From positions 620,001 through 684,000 of the forward strand of contig JAPETS010000005.1 in assembly GCA_026023565.1 (NCBI GenBank): a stretch of 64,000 nucleotides of DNA. The letters run 5' to 3'. The translations under genes and the position numbers were made by a program. The DNA comes from Cirrosporium novae-zelandiae. Taxonomy: Eukaryota. The notes below the pieces were generated by a model. That model worked only from the letters and a program-made list of their open reading frames with translations, ran no database searches and was not told where the DNA came from. Positions 37,670-52,145 of the stretch are shown piece by piece. Every line of letters begins with the position of its first letter. Position 1 is the first letter of the stretch.

Positions 37670-38506
37670 AGGGATATGTACATAAGATATGATAGGATAA
37701 AGTTTTCGTTTTAAAAGTCATATAACTCCACGCCGTATTCGAGCTTCATAAAGCTAGGAAGGCAGTTCCATGATAGGTTGGCTCTTTGGGGTGATCAACG
37801 GTGCTGAGCCAGTTAAGAAATATCGTTACAGCCCTATAGAAAATAACAGTCCCTCATATAAGAGACTGTACTGTGATCATGTACCAAGTATTCAGAACCC
37901 CCTTTAAGCTACGTTCGGTTTAACAATTCACAAGTTTCTTCTGACGATTATTAAACCAATGGATAAATTGATTGAGACAATAAATCCTCAAGTTTCTCCC
38001 CAACGCTACATATCCGTTATCGCTACTCGGAGACTTCAATTAGGAATGAGGAACAAAATCTTAAAAAAAATATGCTTGATCAATATTAGGGGTCAGTTGC
38101 CTCAAGAATAACCTATATTTTCGAATATGGTCATGTACTGTACAAGGTGGCAAGCCTTAAAACTATAGGATATGTTAAGTAATAATTGAAATAATATTTA
38201 TTTAGCTCTATCACAATAACATATAATCCCCCTAACTCAGCAAAGAAAAGGTTAAGATAATAATTAAGAAGTTGCATTATTACAATTTGATGCACCAAAA
38301 GTCAACGTCAAATTTCATCTCCCCAACTCGCCCAATCCAGAAATCTAGGGCACAGCCGCAGAGCCTCAACCTCCGCCCCACGCAGAGTAGCAACCCAAAC
38401 ATCCGAAATACCGCCCCTCCCTCTTTTATCGGTGTTTTGACCAAAACCTCCCAACCTCACGTTCAATAGCGCATCTCTCCCATCCTTCGAAGAACTGTCC
38501 ACAGCC

Positions 38507-39507
<1,001 letters not shown>

Positions 39508-40088
39508 ACATTACGTACGTACGTGTGCAGATTACTTGGGTTGGGTTGTGGGGTCGTTGCAAATCAAGCAAGCGTGTGGAGATGTGGATGGATAGCGATG
39601 GATAGGTAGAAGATTATGCCAGCGAAAAAGTTACCAATGGTTGTTTTTTACCTACTACGTAAATTTAGGGATTCGCTGAGCAAATGATAGAGCAATGACA
39701 AAGCTTTCTTTTTTCCTTTTTATAAATCAGTTGTGCTATGCTGTAGAGTCTGAAAGAGATTGAGGTGGAGCTGAGGATTTACGGTGATTCTTTTTCTTTG
39801 AGTAGTTGCAAGGGTATCAAGCTTCCTGCGCCTAATATAGTACCTAGGATCCCCTTTTATAGCTCCAAATGCCTCCCCCCCCCCCTTTGCAGTCTGCCCA
39901 CGCTCTGTATCAAAAACAAAATCATACTATGGTTAAATAATAATACAACGATATAGCTATTGCGCTTTTTGTTTGAGCAACCGCCAAAGCGTCTTGATCC
40001 CTCGATGATCAACGTGATCCTTCCTTGTGGTATCGACTACCTTCGTTGCCAGGAGGATACTCTCCATGCGCCTCTAACGAGCACTCCC

Positions 40089-41170
40089 TTAAAATTTGAA
40101 CAGCATTCTCACCAACTTGTTGTCGTCATCATCGTCGTCATCGTCGTCGTGATGTTTGCCCTTCTTCGAGACTGGACTTCCATGTCTATTTCCAGGGTTA
40201 GCGATCAATAAATACTAAGAGAGGTATTGTAATGCTCTCTCTACTTACGCAAAGAATAGAATCTTGATCGTTATTGCCAAGGCCGCTTGTAGTATTACCA
40301 CAACAATCAATAGGATCTGACTTATTTTCTTGTCCGTTGCACTCAGGACCGGATACAAATTCCGTATTAAGAAGAACGTTGAGGCACCAAAACCTACACC
40401 CACAAACACCCAGTTCAGAATTGTAATAGGGGACCAACTAATGAGGGCGACGGGGATCCAGATAAGGTTCGCGTAGCCATACAAGGCCCAACACTCGATC
40501 AGGTTGGCAGACTCGGATCCAAACCAACGGAGAAGACCCCACAACGCAATTGGGAGTATGAAGGTGTACCCATAGATGAGGCCAGCGGCCCCACTTAGTA
40601 GACGGAAGTTATATTCGAAATGCTCATCATGTTCTTTGGCTAGATATTGACTTATTGTTCCAGTTAGAAACAAAATAATGCATACTGTCGCAGCAATCCA
40701 AAATGGGCCGTAGAGATCAGGGTTCCCGTCTAGAACGTCGAGGAAGTTAGAACGAGGAAAAAGGGCAGAGCGACATCGACGGAGGACTTCGTTTGTATCT
40801 ACGTCGAAGAACTGCGAGTAGAAGGATAGAGACCACAAGTAGCGCTTTCCGCCCGAGGAGGAGGGGCCGTTGGATTGGGAGGTTGAACCAGGGAGGAAGG
40901 AAGCATTGTCGGGTGGAATTTTCGAGTTACGGGTATTGGAGTCGTTGAAGTCTTATCAGAAGGCAAACCGTTAGAGATACAAGAGCCTTTAAAGATGGTC
41001 GCATGTAGAAAGAAGAAGCATACTAGAAGGATGGAATTCGAGATCTTCCTGAAGATCTGTATGACCAAGGTCTCCCTGTGTATGGGATGAGCACGTTTCT
41101 CGTTCAGGGAAAGTTGAGAACCTACTTCAGCGTCAACATCGACGACTACATCATAACCTCTGTTCGCCAT
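40089..41170 (-). CDS. Yip1-domain Golgi membrane protein (YIPF1/Yip5-like)
   Basis: MANRGYDVVVDVD; FFDVDT, PDLYGPFWIA, YGYANLIWIP; four exons; last exon has a poly-Asp run. Confidence 0.85.
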
Positions 41171-41716
41171 TATAAAGGCTTTTTCGACTGAGAGATCCAA
41201 GGGTAGAGGTATTGGGGAAGTTGCTATCGTTTCAACAGTATGTCGAGGTTTCGGATAGCTGTACTGTAGAAGGTAGTAGGATGCAAACAAGACAAACAAG
41301 CTTTATTTGGAAATTTATGATGACGACGATCGGAGATTTATCACGACTTCCACACAGCAACTACACGTAGTTTACCACCTGCCTGGTGAATTTCATTGCA
41401 TTTACATTTGCATACACAGTATTAAGCACCATAGTTGGATTCATTGCTTGTTATTCCGTCTAGACCCTGGAGTTTATCCTATAGATCAGTTACCACTAAC
41501 ATACGTAATTCGGCCAAAAAGGTCCGTAGCCTTCTTGATTAAGAGACAATATAAAAATGCAAGCAAATTGCGCTCGAGAGGAGATGTAAGGTAGGAAGAG
41601 TGATAGTACATATTATCTTTCTTCTTTTTGCACAACAGTCTCGAAATTCCCCTCATATTCCTTCCATCCCTCACTCAAAATGGCGAATAAGCTTCTTCAA
41701 AATCAAAGTTGACTAT

Positions 41717-43409
41717 CTACAGAAGCATTTCCAGAGGATTCTCAATCACCTTCTTAAATGCGTTGATCCATTCTCCACCAACCGCACCGTCAACGACCTT
41801 GTGGTCAAAGCTTCCAGTTACAGTAATCTGTTCATCCCATTCGACCTCAGTGCCCTCCTCAGTTTCTACGGGGACAGCAACCTTTTTCACTGTACCGACA
41901 GCCAGGATACCAGCCTGTGGTGGGTTGATAACAGCAGTAAACCGTTCCACAGCAGCGTTCATTCCCATGTTACTAATGGTGAATGTGCCGCCTTGATACT
42001 CCTCTGGCAGGAGCTTTCCATCGCGCGCTCTCTTGCCCAGATCCTTGACCTGGGTTGAGATGCTCTCCAGGCCAGTAGAATCCACATTAGCAACAATTGG
42101 AGTCATCAGACCAACTGGGGTAGCCACCGCAACGCTGACATCAACAGTGTTATGTTTCCTTATGACAATCTGGCCGTCAACTTCGCGCCATGATGAATTG
42201 ACCTGGGGAACCTTCTTGCATGCAATAGCGCAGGCCTTGATAAGGAAGTCATTTACCGATAGTTTGTATTTGCCATCAGCAGAAGCATTGAGAGATTTGC
42301 GAAGCTTAAGCAGTTTGGAAACGGACACGGTTGCGGAAACGAAGAAGTGTGGGTTTTCGTTGGTGGATTCGAGAAGGCGTTTAGCAATGGTAATGCGCAT
42401 AGAACTGGCCGGAGTATCTTCGTAGCTTGGTCCTGTAGTAGCAGCACCACCGGCAGAAGATCCTGCAGCAGGAGTGTACTGCTGAACATCTTCTAACGTG
42501 ATACGTCCACCTGGGCCGGTACCCTTCAGCTTGCTGAGAGGAACACCCTTTTCGAGAGCAAGCTTCTTAGCAGCTGGGGCAACGAATAGTTCTCTATCCA
42601 AGGCTGGCTGTAGATGACCACCAGTAGATTCTGACTCTTGAGCAGCAGGAGTTGGCTCTGGGGTAGACGGTGCAGTTCCACCGCCAGCCTTGGGTGGCTC
42701 GGAAGCCGCAGGCGCCTCTGACTTGGCCTCTGGTTTTCCCGCAGACTTGTCACCGCCAGCATCTGCAATAGTGAATGACTCGAATGCGGCGACATCATCC
42801 GCATTCTCAACCATGACGGCAATTGGCTGAAGGTCTTATCAGTCTTAATTCTTCCAGTTAAAGCTCCGGAAAAACTTACGTTTCCAATGACAACATCCTT
42901 CTCTCCTTGCTCTTTCAAGATCTTCGCAAGAATACCTTCTTCTTGGAATTCAAAATCCATTTGTGCCTTATCAGTTTCTATTTCGACCAATACATCTCCC
43001 GGATTAACCGCATCACCAGGCTTTTTTTGCCATGCACCAATATTTCCGGCTTTCATCGTAGGAGAGAGAGCAGGCATAGCGATAATTGAGTGATCGGGAA
43101 AAGCTGTAGGGGATCCATGTAGTCAGTATACAAGTTATTTTCGAGGAAATTCTGCCACGTGGGAATATCGCACATTTGGAGGCATAAGATCTAGCGAATG
43201 CGGCCAGAGCGGGATATTGGGTTGGTCTACAACGACGACGAACAATTAGCAAGTTCTAAAAACACGATATGATAGCGGAACAATTTGCGCGACACCTACA
43301 AGCTTCCATTTCTTATCCTGAGTGCGTTGGTTGAAGTCCTGAAGCTCGAGGCGGTCCTGAGGATTGACCGGGTCGAAGCTCTCGACAAGACAGCCGTGGT
43401 GGCAGCCAT
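41717..43409 (-). CDS. LAT1: Pyruvate dehydrogenase E2 (dihydrolipoamide acetyltransferase)
   Basis: Presequence-like exons; lipoyl domain MPALSPTM...EIETDKA; E3-binding-type GTGPGGRIT; catalytic [10 protein letters not shown] and DHKVVDG. Confidence 0.96.
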
Positions 43410-44039
43410 TGTGATTGAAGATGTGGAATAATTTGAAGAGGGAATGGGAGCGGAGTTGACAGATAGTTGAAGACAAGTAATTGAGCCTTTTCAGGACTAT
43501 CTAATCATGTCTTGAAAGCCCGTTGGGCAAATGTGTCTCGTTGAGAAGAAGAAAGTAGAGTAGAGGAATTGAAATTCCGGGCGCTGACTTTCGCCGGCCG
43601 GAGTTCGGTGAATGATGAGTAGCTGTTGAACGGCGAAGTGGAGCTAAACACTAGCTTGTACTCAAAGTAAAGAGCATCGCGTCACATCGGCTAATGATCT
43701 AGGGTTGAAGAGGCGTTTAACAGATAGCCGCAGATAACCGCGGGGGGGGGAACTCTAATAATGAATAATGTCAATGCGTTCGGTGCCTTTCTTTTTTCTG
43801 TGTATGCCTAAGTAATTAGGCCACCTAATAGTTCGGAGCATAAGCAGCTCCGTTCCATGTACTTTCGAAAGTATAGGTTACCTAATGCAGAGCTGGGAAA
43901 CTACTTCTGGCCACGAATAATTTCAAGCCTTACAATCAACAAGAGCAGTGTTAATCAGCAATGTTTAGGCTGGCACTATCCTGACTGCTGATGCTTCTTG
44001 CTCCGGTCATATTATATTATATGTGTCGGCCCCATGATA

Positions 44040-47000
44040 ATGGCTGATGTTATGAACCCTCCTTCCAACGAACCGGTTCCGACCCTGGACCAGGAGATGG
44101 AAGCTGAGAACCAAATTGCGGAGTCCAACGAACAGAATAACCTCGACAACGATAAACCAGAGTTGCCTATTGCAGGTAGTCGGCAAGCTTTATCGATAGA
44201 AAATCCCGATAATAATAACACGGTAAACGAGAAAAAGCTAGGGCAGGAGGAGGACGAGCCATCCGATGAGGACAGCGATGATACTGAGGAGGACGAGATG
44301 CCTGGCCCTAGTGAGAAAGACATCGAAGCCAGTACTGAATTACAGCATGATGTACCACAAGAGGAGGCCACCTCCTCAACCATTCCAGATCCTTCAGGGA
44401 AAGCAACCCCCGAGCCCCCAGAGAAACCTTCGGAAGCAGAGTCGCAATCATCCACCCCTCCTACATCAGAGCATCAATCTTCAACTGAACCCTCTTCTCT
44501 ACAAACTACCATTCCTTCGATGTCCTTACGACCAAGGTCAGACTCTCGATCGACAACAGCTACCAGATCTACTCCGTTGAGCTCAACTGTGTTCGTTGTT
44601 GCAGCTTTGGACAAGCTTGCTGCTTCTAAAGAAGCTAAGAAAGAAAAGGAATTCGGAGATTCGATACAAAAGGCCCTCTCGATGGTAAAAGAGAACGAAC
44701 CGCAACATCTTGATCCTGAAGTGTTATTCGATCCCCTGTTGTTGGCTAGTAGGAGCTTTAATCAAGACCTCCAAAACGAAGCCCTCGACTGTTTAGGAAA
44801 GCTTATTAGCTACTCTTACTTTTCTCTTCCTTCTGCATCTCGAGAAACATCCGAGCCAGGAACAAATGGAGCTAATGAAGCACCCTTAATTGAACGAGCT
44901 ATTGAGGCCATATGCGACTGCTTCGAGAATGAGGCAACGCCAGTAAGAACTCAACAGCAAATTATCAAGTCACTGCTTGCTGCAGTATTAAACGATAGGA
45001 TCATCGTTCATGGTGCAGGATTGCTTAAAGCTGTCCGGCAGATATATAATATCTTCATTTATTCGAAGTCGAGTACGAATCAGCAAGTGGCGCAAGCATC
45101 ACTTACTCAAATGGTTGAAACCGTATTTGACCGAGTGACGAATCGTCTTTCCGTAAAAGAGGCCCGCCTACAGCTCGAAAAATCCGACGAGAAAGATGCA
45201 AGCGAAGACAACTCGAATGGAGCGACTCCTGAATTGAATGGCACATCGGAAGTGGATATGTCATCGGACGCCGCATCAACCATGACAAATGAACAGCAAT
45301 CAAAACCAGGAGAAAAGCTCACCCTACAAAGTTTCGAGAATCCTCAAAATGTGGAGGATGGCGCTATCCATGACAATGTTCCAACAACTGTGTCGAGGAT
45401 CAAAGAAGGACGAAGAAATACACGCACAAGCAGTCTCTCTACCAGTGAACAGGATGATGGTGAAACTCCAAATGAAGACGAAGAAGATGAGATATATATC
45501 AAGGACGCATTCCTCGTCTTCAGGTCTCTATGCAAACTTAGTCATAAGGTGCTTACTCCTGAGCAGCAGCAAGATATAAAGTCTCAAAATATGAGATCGA
45601 AACTGTTATCACTTCACCTAATCCACCTCGTCCTCAATAACTACATGGTCGTCTTTACTTCACCTTTTGTGACACTTAGAAGCAACAACAACAGCAATGA
45701 TCCAACAAGTTTTATTCAGGCAGCAAAACCACATCTCTGTCTAAGTCTGAGTAGAAATGGGTCGAGTTCAATAAAACAAGTGTTTGAAATATGCTGCGAA
45801 ACATTTTGGCTGCTGCTAAAAGATCTCCGAGTATCACTCAAGGTTTGTGACCCCTAGTTCCTATACAAAAATAGAATAGGCTGACATTATTATAGAAAGA
45901 ACTTGAAGTGTTCCTGAAAGAGATATATCTTTCAATTCTGGAACGACGGAATGCCCCCTCCTTCCAGAAACAGTATTTCATGACTATTTTGCAGCGGCTG
46001 TCTGGTGATCCGAGGGCTCTGGTAGAGATATACCTGAATTACGATTGCGACAGAACGGCTTTAGATAACATTTTCCAAGGGTATAGTTTCTTAATTCAAC
46101 TTTTTGAGAAGCCTTTAGACTAATATTATTTAGGACTATTGAACATCTTTCCAAGATATGTAGCACCTCCGCAGCTGTAACCCCAATACAACAGCAACAG
46201 TACTTGGAGCAGCGCCAAAAGATAAGCGATTCAGGGTCTGAAAGCCATTACTCAGGTACATTCTTACCGACCTTCACAACGGCGAACATGCACCATCCTC
46301 CTGTCCATCCTCCTACAGTTCCAATTGAATATGCTTTGAAGCAAGAGGCTCTCGAGTGCTTAGTTGAAGCTTTACGCTCCTTGGATAACTGGTCCCGCCA
46401 ACCGATGGCAGATGGCCCGATGTCATCGCGAGATGTTCTCTCAAGAAATTCTGTAGACGATGTACGACAGTCTGTGGATGGAAATCATGGACCCGTACCG
46501 CCTTCTCCTCGATTTCCACCTAGTGAGATTTTCACAAACCCGTCGACCCCTTTAGCAGAAGATGATCCTGCTCAACTAGAGAAGGCTAAGCAAAAAAAAA
46601 CTGCCCTCGCCGAAGGTATCAGACTATTCAACTTCAAAGCAAAGAGAGGTATAAAAAAGCTACTTGATGATGGATTCATTCATAGTGATACACCTGAGGA
46701 TATTGCGGTCTTTCTACTATCAAATGATCGATTAGATAAAGCTATGATTGGTGAATATCTCGGTGAGGGAGAGCCTAAGAACGTTGCTATCATGCATTCT
46801 TTCGTTGATGGAATGAATTTTACGAAAAGACGTTTCGTCGATGCTCTTCGGCAATTCTTGCAAAGCTTCCGTCTACCAGGAGAAGCTCAGAAAATCGACA
46901 GATTCATGCTCAAATTCGCTGAACGATACATGGCGGGAAATCCTAATGCATTTGCTAATGCGGACACCGCTTACGTTCTGGCTTACTCGGTTATATTGCT

Positions 47001-50000
47001 CAATACAGATCAACATAGCACAAAAATGAAGGGTCGCAGAATGACTAAGGAAGATTTTGTTAAAAACAACCGCGGTATCAACGATAACGCAGATCTACCC
47101 GAAGAGTACCTAGGTGGAATATTCGATGAAATCGCGCAGCATGAAATCGTCCTAAACACAGAGCGGGAAAATGCCGCTGCCCTTGGCTTACCAACTGAAC
47201 CCCCACCAACTCTAGCCTCCAGAATGGGCCAAGGACTACTTGGGCGTGATCCAAAACGAGAGCAATATAATCAGGCATCAGAGGAGATGGCCACTAAAAC
47301 AGAAAATCTTTACAGAAGCCTTATCAGAGCCCAAAGAAAAACTGCCTCCAAGAAAGAGCTATCAAAATTTATTCCTGCGAGTTCTTTTAGGCATGTAGGG
47401 CCAATGTTCGAAGTAACATGGATGTCTTTCCTATCAGCCCTCTCAGGTCAGGTGCAGGACACTCAGAACTTGGATACTATCAAGTTGTGTATGGAGGGTC
47501 TGAAACTTTGCATCCGTATATCATGTCTCTTTGACCTTGAGATGCCGAGGTCGGCATTTGTGTCTGCCTTGTCCAAGTTCACAAATCTAGGCAATCCTAG
47601 AGAAATGGTCGCAAAGAACGTTGAGGCGCTACGGGCACTTCTTGAGATTGCAGCTACCGAGGGTAACCTTTTGAAGAGTTCTTGGAGAGATATACTCACA
47701 TGTATCAGCCGACTTGACCGCTTTCAACTACTTGCAGAAGGTGTGGATGAAGGTTCTTTGCCTGATGTCTCAAAGGCGAGGCTTTCAGCGCCTTCACGCG
47801 CGGACTCGCCTGGCCTTCGGAAGTCTCTTTCTATGAGAGCGAGAGCTCGCTCGAGTATACAGCCTGGATCTTTCCAATCAGATATTGCACAGGAAAGCCG
47901 ATCCACGGAAATGATAAAGGGTGTCGATTGGATATTCACAAGTACCGCCAGTTTATCTCCTGAGGCTATCATTGACTTTATTCGTGCTTTGAGTGAGGTT
48001 AGTTGGTCGGAGATTCAATCATCCGGCAACAGTGAATCGCCACGAATGTACAGTTTACAAAAACTAGTCGAGATAAGTTATTATAACATGACTCGTGTCA
48101 AGATCGAATGGACGAAGATATGGGATGTCCTAGGCGAGCATTTCAACCAAGTTGGGTGTCATACAAACACCCATGTCGTCTTTTTCGCTCTAGATTCACT
48201 ACGGCAACTATCCATGCGTTTCATGGAGCTAGAAGAGTTGCCCGGCTTCAAGTTCCAGAAGGACTTCCTCAAGCCTTTCGAGCATGTTATGGCAAACACT
48301 AACGTGGTGACTGTTAAAGATATGGTTCTGCGATGCCTTCACCAAATGATCCAAGCTCGAGGAGAAAACATCCGATCGGGATGGAAGACAATGTTCGGTG
48401 TTTTTACCGTGGCTGCACGTGAACCCTATGAAGGAATCGTAAACTTGGCCTACGATCATGTCATGCAGGTCTATAATACCCGTTTTGGCAGTGTGATCTC
48501 CCAAGGTGCTTTTGCTGATTTGGTTGTTTGTCTAACGGAATTTTCAAAAAATCTCAAGTTTCAGAAAAAGGCCTTGCAAGCGATTGAGGTCCTTAGGTCA
48601 ACAGTTCACAAGATGTTGACAACCCCAGAATGCCCACTTTCACACCGAAAGCGTGGTATTCCGGCTGCTGAAATTCAGACTGGTTCGGTACAGCCGAATA
48701 GCCAGACTCAAGAGGAGCAGTTTTGGTTTCCAATTCTCTTTGCATTCCATGACATACTAATGACCGGTGATGATTTAGAAGTTCGGGGCCGGTGAGCACA
48801 TCTAAAATACAGTTTATGGGTCGTATCATGCTAATTTCTCAATAGGGCGCTCAGTTATCTCTTCGAGACTTTGAAGCAGTATGGTGGTGACTTCCCTCCA
48901 GAATTCTGGGATACTCTTTGGCGGCAGCTTTTGTATCCTATCTTCATGGTACTGAGATCCAAGTCTGAGATGTCGAAGGTACTGAACCATGAAGAACTCT
49001 CTGTCTGGCTCTCAACTACAATGGTTCAAGCTTTAAGAGAGATGATCACACTCTTCACGTATTTCTATGACTCTTTGGAATACATGCTCGACCGTTTCTT
49101 GGAGCTCTTGACTCTTTGTATTTGCCAAGAAAATGACACCATCGCTCGGATTGGAAGCAACTGTCTACAACAATTAATACTAAACAATGTCGATAAGTTC
49201 GAGTCACGGCATTGGACGCAGATTGTGACTGCTTTCGTCGAACTCTTCGAGAAGACCACGGCTCATCAATTATTCACTGCAGCTTCAGCAACACCTCCAG
49301 CCAAAACATCAATCCATAGCGATGCTGCAAGTGTGACCGACCTCCAAATCGATAGTCCGCCTCCTGAGAGTTTTCTCACTCCCGCAGTAGAGAATCCTCT
49401 AAGGATCAACGGCCTCCAGTCTCCAAGTGAGCCTGCGGGGGAGCCTACTGCCGGAGATGACACCCCCAAAGCTGGCTCCCGCAAAAACTCATCTGCATCT
49501 CAACAGCCGACTAGTGACCTCGAAGATTACCGCCCGCAACCTGAGATCCAACAACAACCTGTTGTGGTGACGGCTGCTCGCCGTCGCTTCTTCAATAAAA
49601 TCATTACCAAATGCGTCCTTCAATTACTCATGATTGAAACTGTCCAAGAGCTCTTTTCAAATGATGCTGTATATTCTCGCATCCCGTCCCCGGAGCTTCT
49701 ACGACTCATGTCCTTGCTAAAGTCTTCTTATATGTTTGCGAAGAAGTTCAATGATGATAGGGATTTGAGGCAGAGGCTATATCTACAAGGATTCATGAAG
49801 CAAGCGCCTAATCTTCTAAAACAGGAGAGTGGGAGTGCAGCTACCTACGTGAATATTTTGCTGAGGATGTATCATGATGAGAACTCAGAGAGGAAGGCCT
49901 CTCGAGCTGAGACCGAAGATGCCCTTGTCCCTCTGTGCGCCGACATCATCCGCAGTTACGTACTCCTAGATGAGGAAAAACAGCAACGTAACATCATGGC

Positions 50001-50301
50001 TTGGCGGCCTGTCGTCGTCGATGTCATCGAAGGCTACACTAACTTCCCTAAAGATGGGTTTGATAAGCACATTGAGACGTTTTACCCATTGGGAGTGGAG
50101 CTGCTAGGAAGAGATATGGGCACGGACGTGCGGTTTGCACTACAGGGAATGCTGAGACGGATTGGGGAGGCGAGAATGGGTATGGCGCCGCTATTGATGG
50201 CGACACCTTTGCAAACACCAACAAGTCCAAGAAGTTCGAGTTCGGGGTATCCGTTTGGGTCAAGAAGGACGAGTTATGCGAGCTCAATTAGTAGAAGGTA
50301 G
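44040..50301 (+). CDS. SEC7: Arf guanine-nucleotide exchange factor Sec7
   Basis: DCB/HUS regions (YLNYDCD), Sec7 domain FRLPGEAQKIDRFM and LNTDQH, HDS regions (NIRSGWK); three introns. Start could be 44034 or 44040. Confidence 0.95.
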
Positions 50302-51139
50302 TGGTGATTTGTGTGTTTCTTTACGGCTATAAGATATGGAAGGAGAATAGAAGGTCTTTTCTGATACAGCAACCAGAGGATTTCTGGTACCAAAAAATAT
50401 TTTTGAGGGTTTTTTATTAGTTCGGGGCATTTTCACTCGGTTCCTATCATCATATCGCCATATCCCTCCCATACATTTTTCATCTTCTTTCACTTCTCTC
50501 TTATCATTCGTTCAATATTCTGTCCATTGGTGACAAAACTTGGGCGAATGACGAGATGAATGCTTGCATTGTTATAACATTTTTTATTTCCTTCTCTTCT
50601 CCTTGTCGCGGTTCGTGTGACGTATGCTATTGTGCCATTGTGGTTAAATCTTTGATTAATTGACTTTGTACGGAGAGGGGGGGAGGAAGGAGTTCCAAGC
50701 CGGGGGTTCGTTCGTTTGTTTGGTTGTTTTTCAGCTTGCTTGCATCGCTTTGAACCAACCCATTTTTTGTATCATACATCACCGCATTGTTCGTACGTAT
50801 GTACACGTACGTAGTATTATCTAGAGAAAAAGTGAGTTCGTGGCTACCTGCTAGTATTACATGGATTATTGTCATTTGCCTATGTTATTGTGAAATGTTT
50901 GAAGAAGAAAACAATATTAGTTGGGATTTCTTTCTTTGCTTTTTTGGGGGGTGGCGGGGTAGGTGTAGTGTAGCGGTATTAGATGAGATAGATAGACAGA
51001 TAGAAGATTAGTGGTATATTTGTTTTTAGGGTGGGGGGTGGGGTGTAGATGACTTGTTTTTCTTTTTTTGTTATAGATGTGTATCAGGTAGGCTTACCTA
51101 GAGTGTTCCCTCCTCTCCCTAGATGAGCGAATGGATGGT

Positions 51140-51160
51140 AATATATATATATATATATAT
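51140..51160. repeat. (AT)n microsatellite
   Basis: About 10 AT units; a poly-T run lies nearby at about 51425-51441. Confidence 0.8.
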
Positions 51161-52117
51161 TTTTTTCTTTTTGTGCCAGGTTGATTTGATAGATATTTAA
51201 TCGTTGATAGCCACCCACTCCCATCGTGCCCTAGTAAAGGAGTAAGGGAGTAAAGGAAGCAAAGAAATATGACTGTTCATGTAATCCTACTTGCTCCGTT
51301 ATATATAGATAGATATAGATAGATGACAATTAAGATTAACCAACTGACTAACTAACTAGTTAGTTACTATACAGCATTGAGCCATTAATTAACATCTAGA
51401 ATACATTGATAAGATAACTATTGATTTTTTTTTTTTTTTTTACAGAAAGGGTGAAGCCATGAACTCGGAGGATGGTTTTTTTTGCTAAACTCCTTTCAAA
51501 ACTTGTTGACGCTTTACTTGGGTTAGTCGGGTGTAAGCGGATGAGGGAGATAAGAGATAGAGAGGGCTGGTTGTATTATTTGTATAAGTGGTTGGATAGA
51601 TAGATGGGTATTAATATAATGTATGTACTCGAGTAGTACGCCAATAATTAAATTATCAAATGACTGGGGAATGTAAAACTGTATTTCTATTTCTTTCTCC
51701 TTGTGGGATTTTAGTCTAATCTATCTCTTTCTTTCCTAGCCCTCTTCCGTGACTTCCTTCCGCAATAATTCCCTATGCAGACTTAATGAATATAGGCGTT
51801 TGTACGATAGATATATTTTTGGAGTTTCTTTCTTTTTTCGAAAATGAATGTGGTGGTGGGGCGAGTTTGAGACTGCTACAGCTAGGATGTTTTGCAGGCA
51901 GGCCAGGAGGGGGGGACGGAAGTGATGATGGCATAACCTGGTATATCTCGATATAGAAACACCCCACGAAAGATTGCGTGAAAACTCAGAATGCCCTGCA
52001 GGGAAAGCTTGGCTCAAGCTTGATTTTTCCCATCGGCTGCTTGCAGATGAGGTGAATGAGAAATGTGATATAGGGTGCATCCTATAAGCCAGGAAAAAGA
52101 AATAAGGCGCCACCACT

Positions 52118-52145
52118 GGTGCCATAGGTGCCATAGGTGCCATAG
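52118..52145. repeat. 9-bp tandem repeat (GGTGCCATA)x3
   Basis: Directly visible in the sequence. Confidence 0.85.

Noticed and set aside
39610..39632. GATTATGCCAGCGAAA resembles the 3' part of a fungal TPP riboswitch
   Set aside because: No upstream CTGAGA or TGATC elements in the right order, no P5 partner strand, and it lies after a ubiquitin gene.
51736..52143. 135-aa ORF starting MAPMAPMAP
   Set aside because: The start derives from the 9-bp tandem repeat; the rest has no protein-like features.
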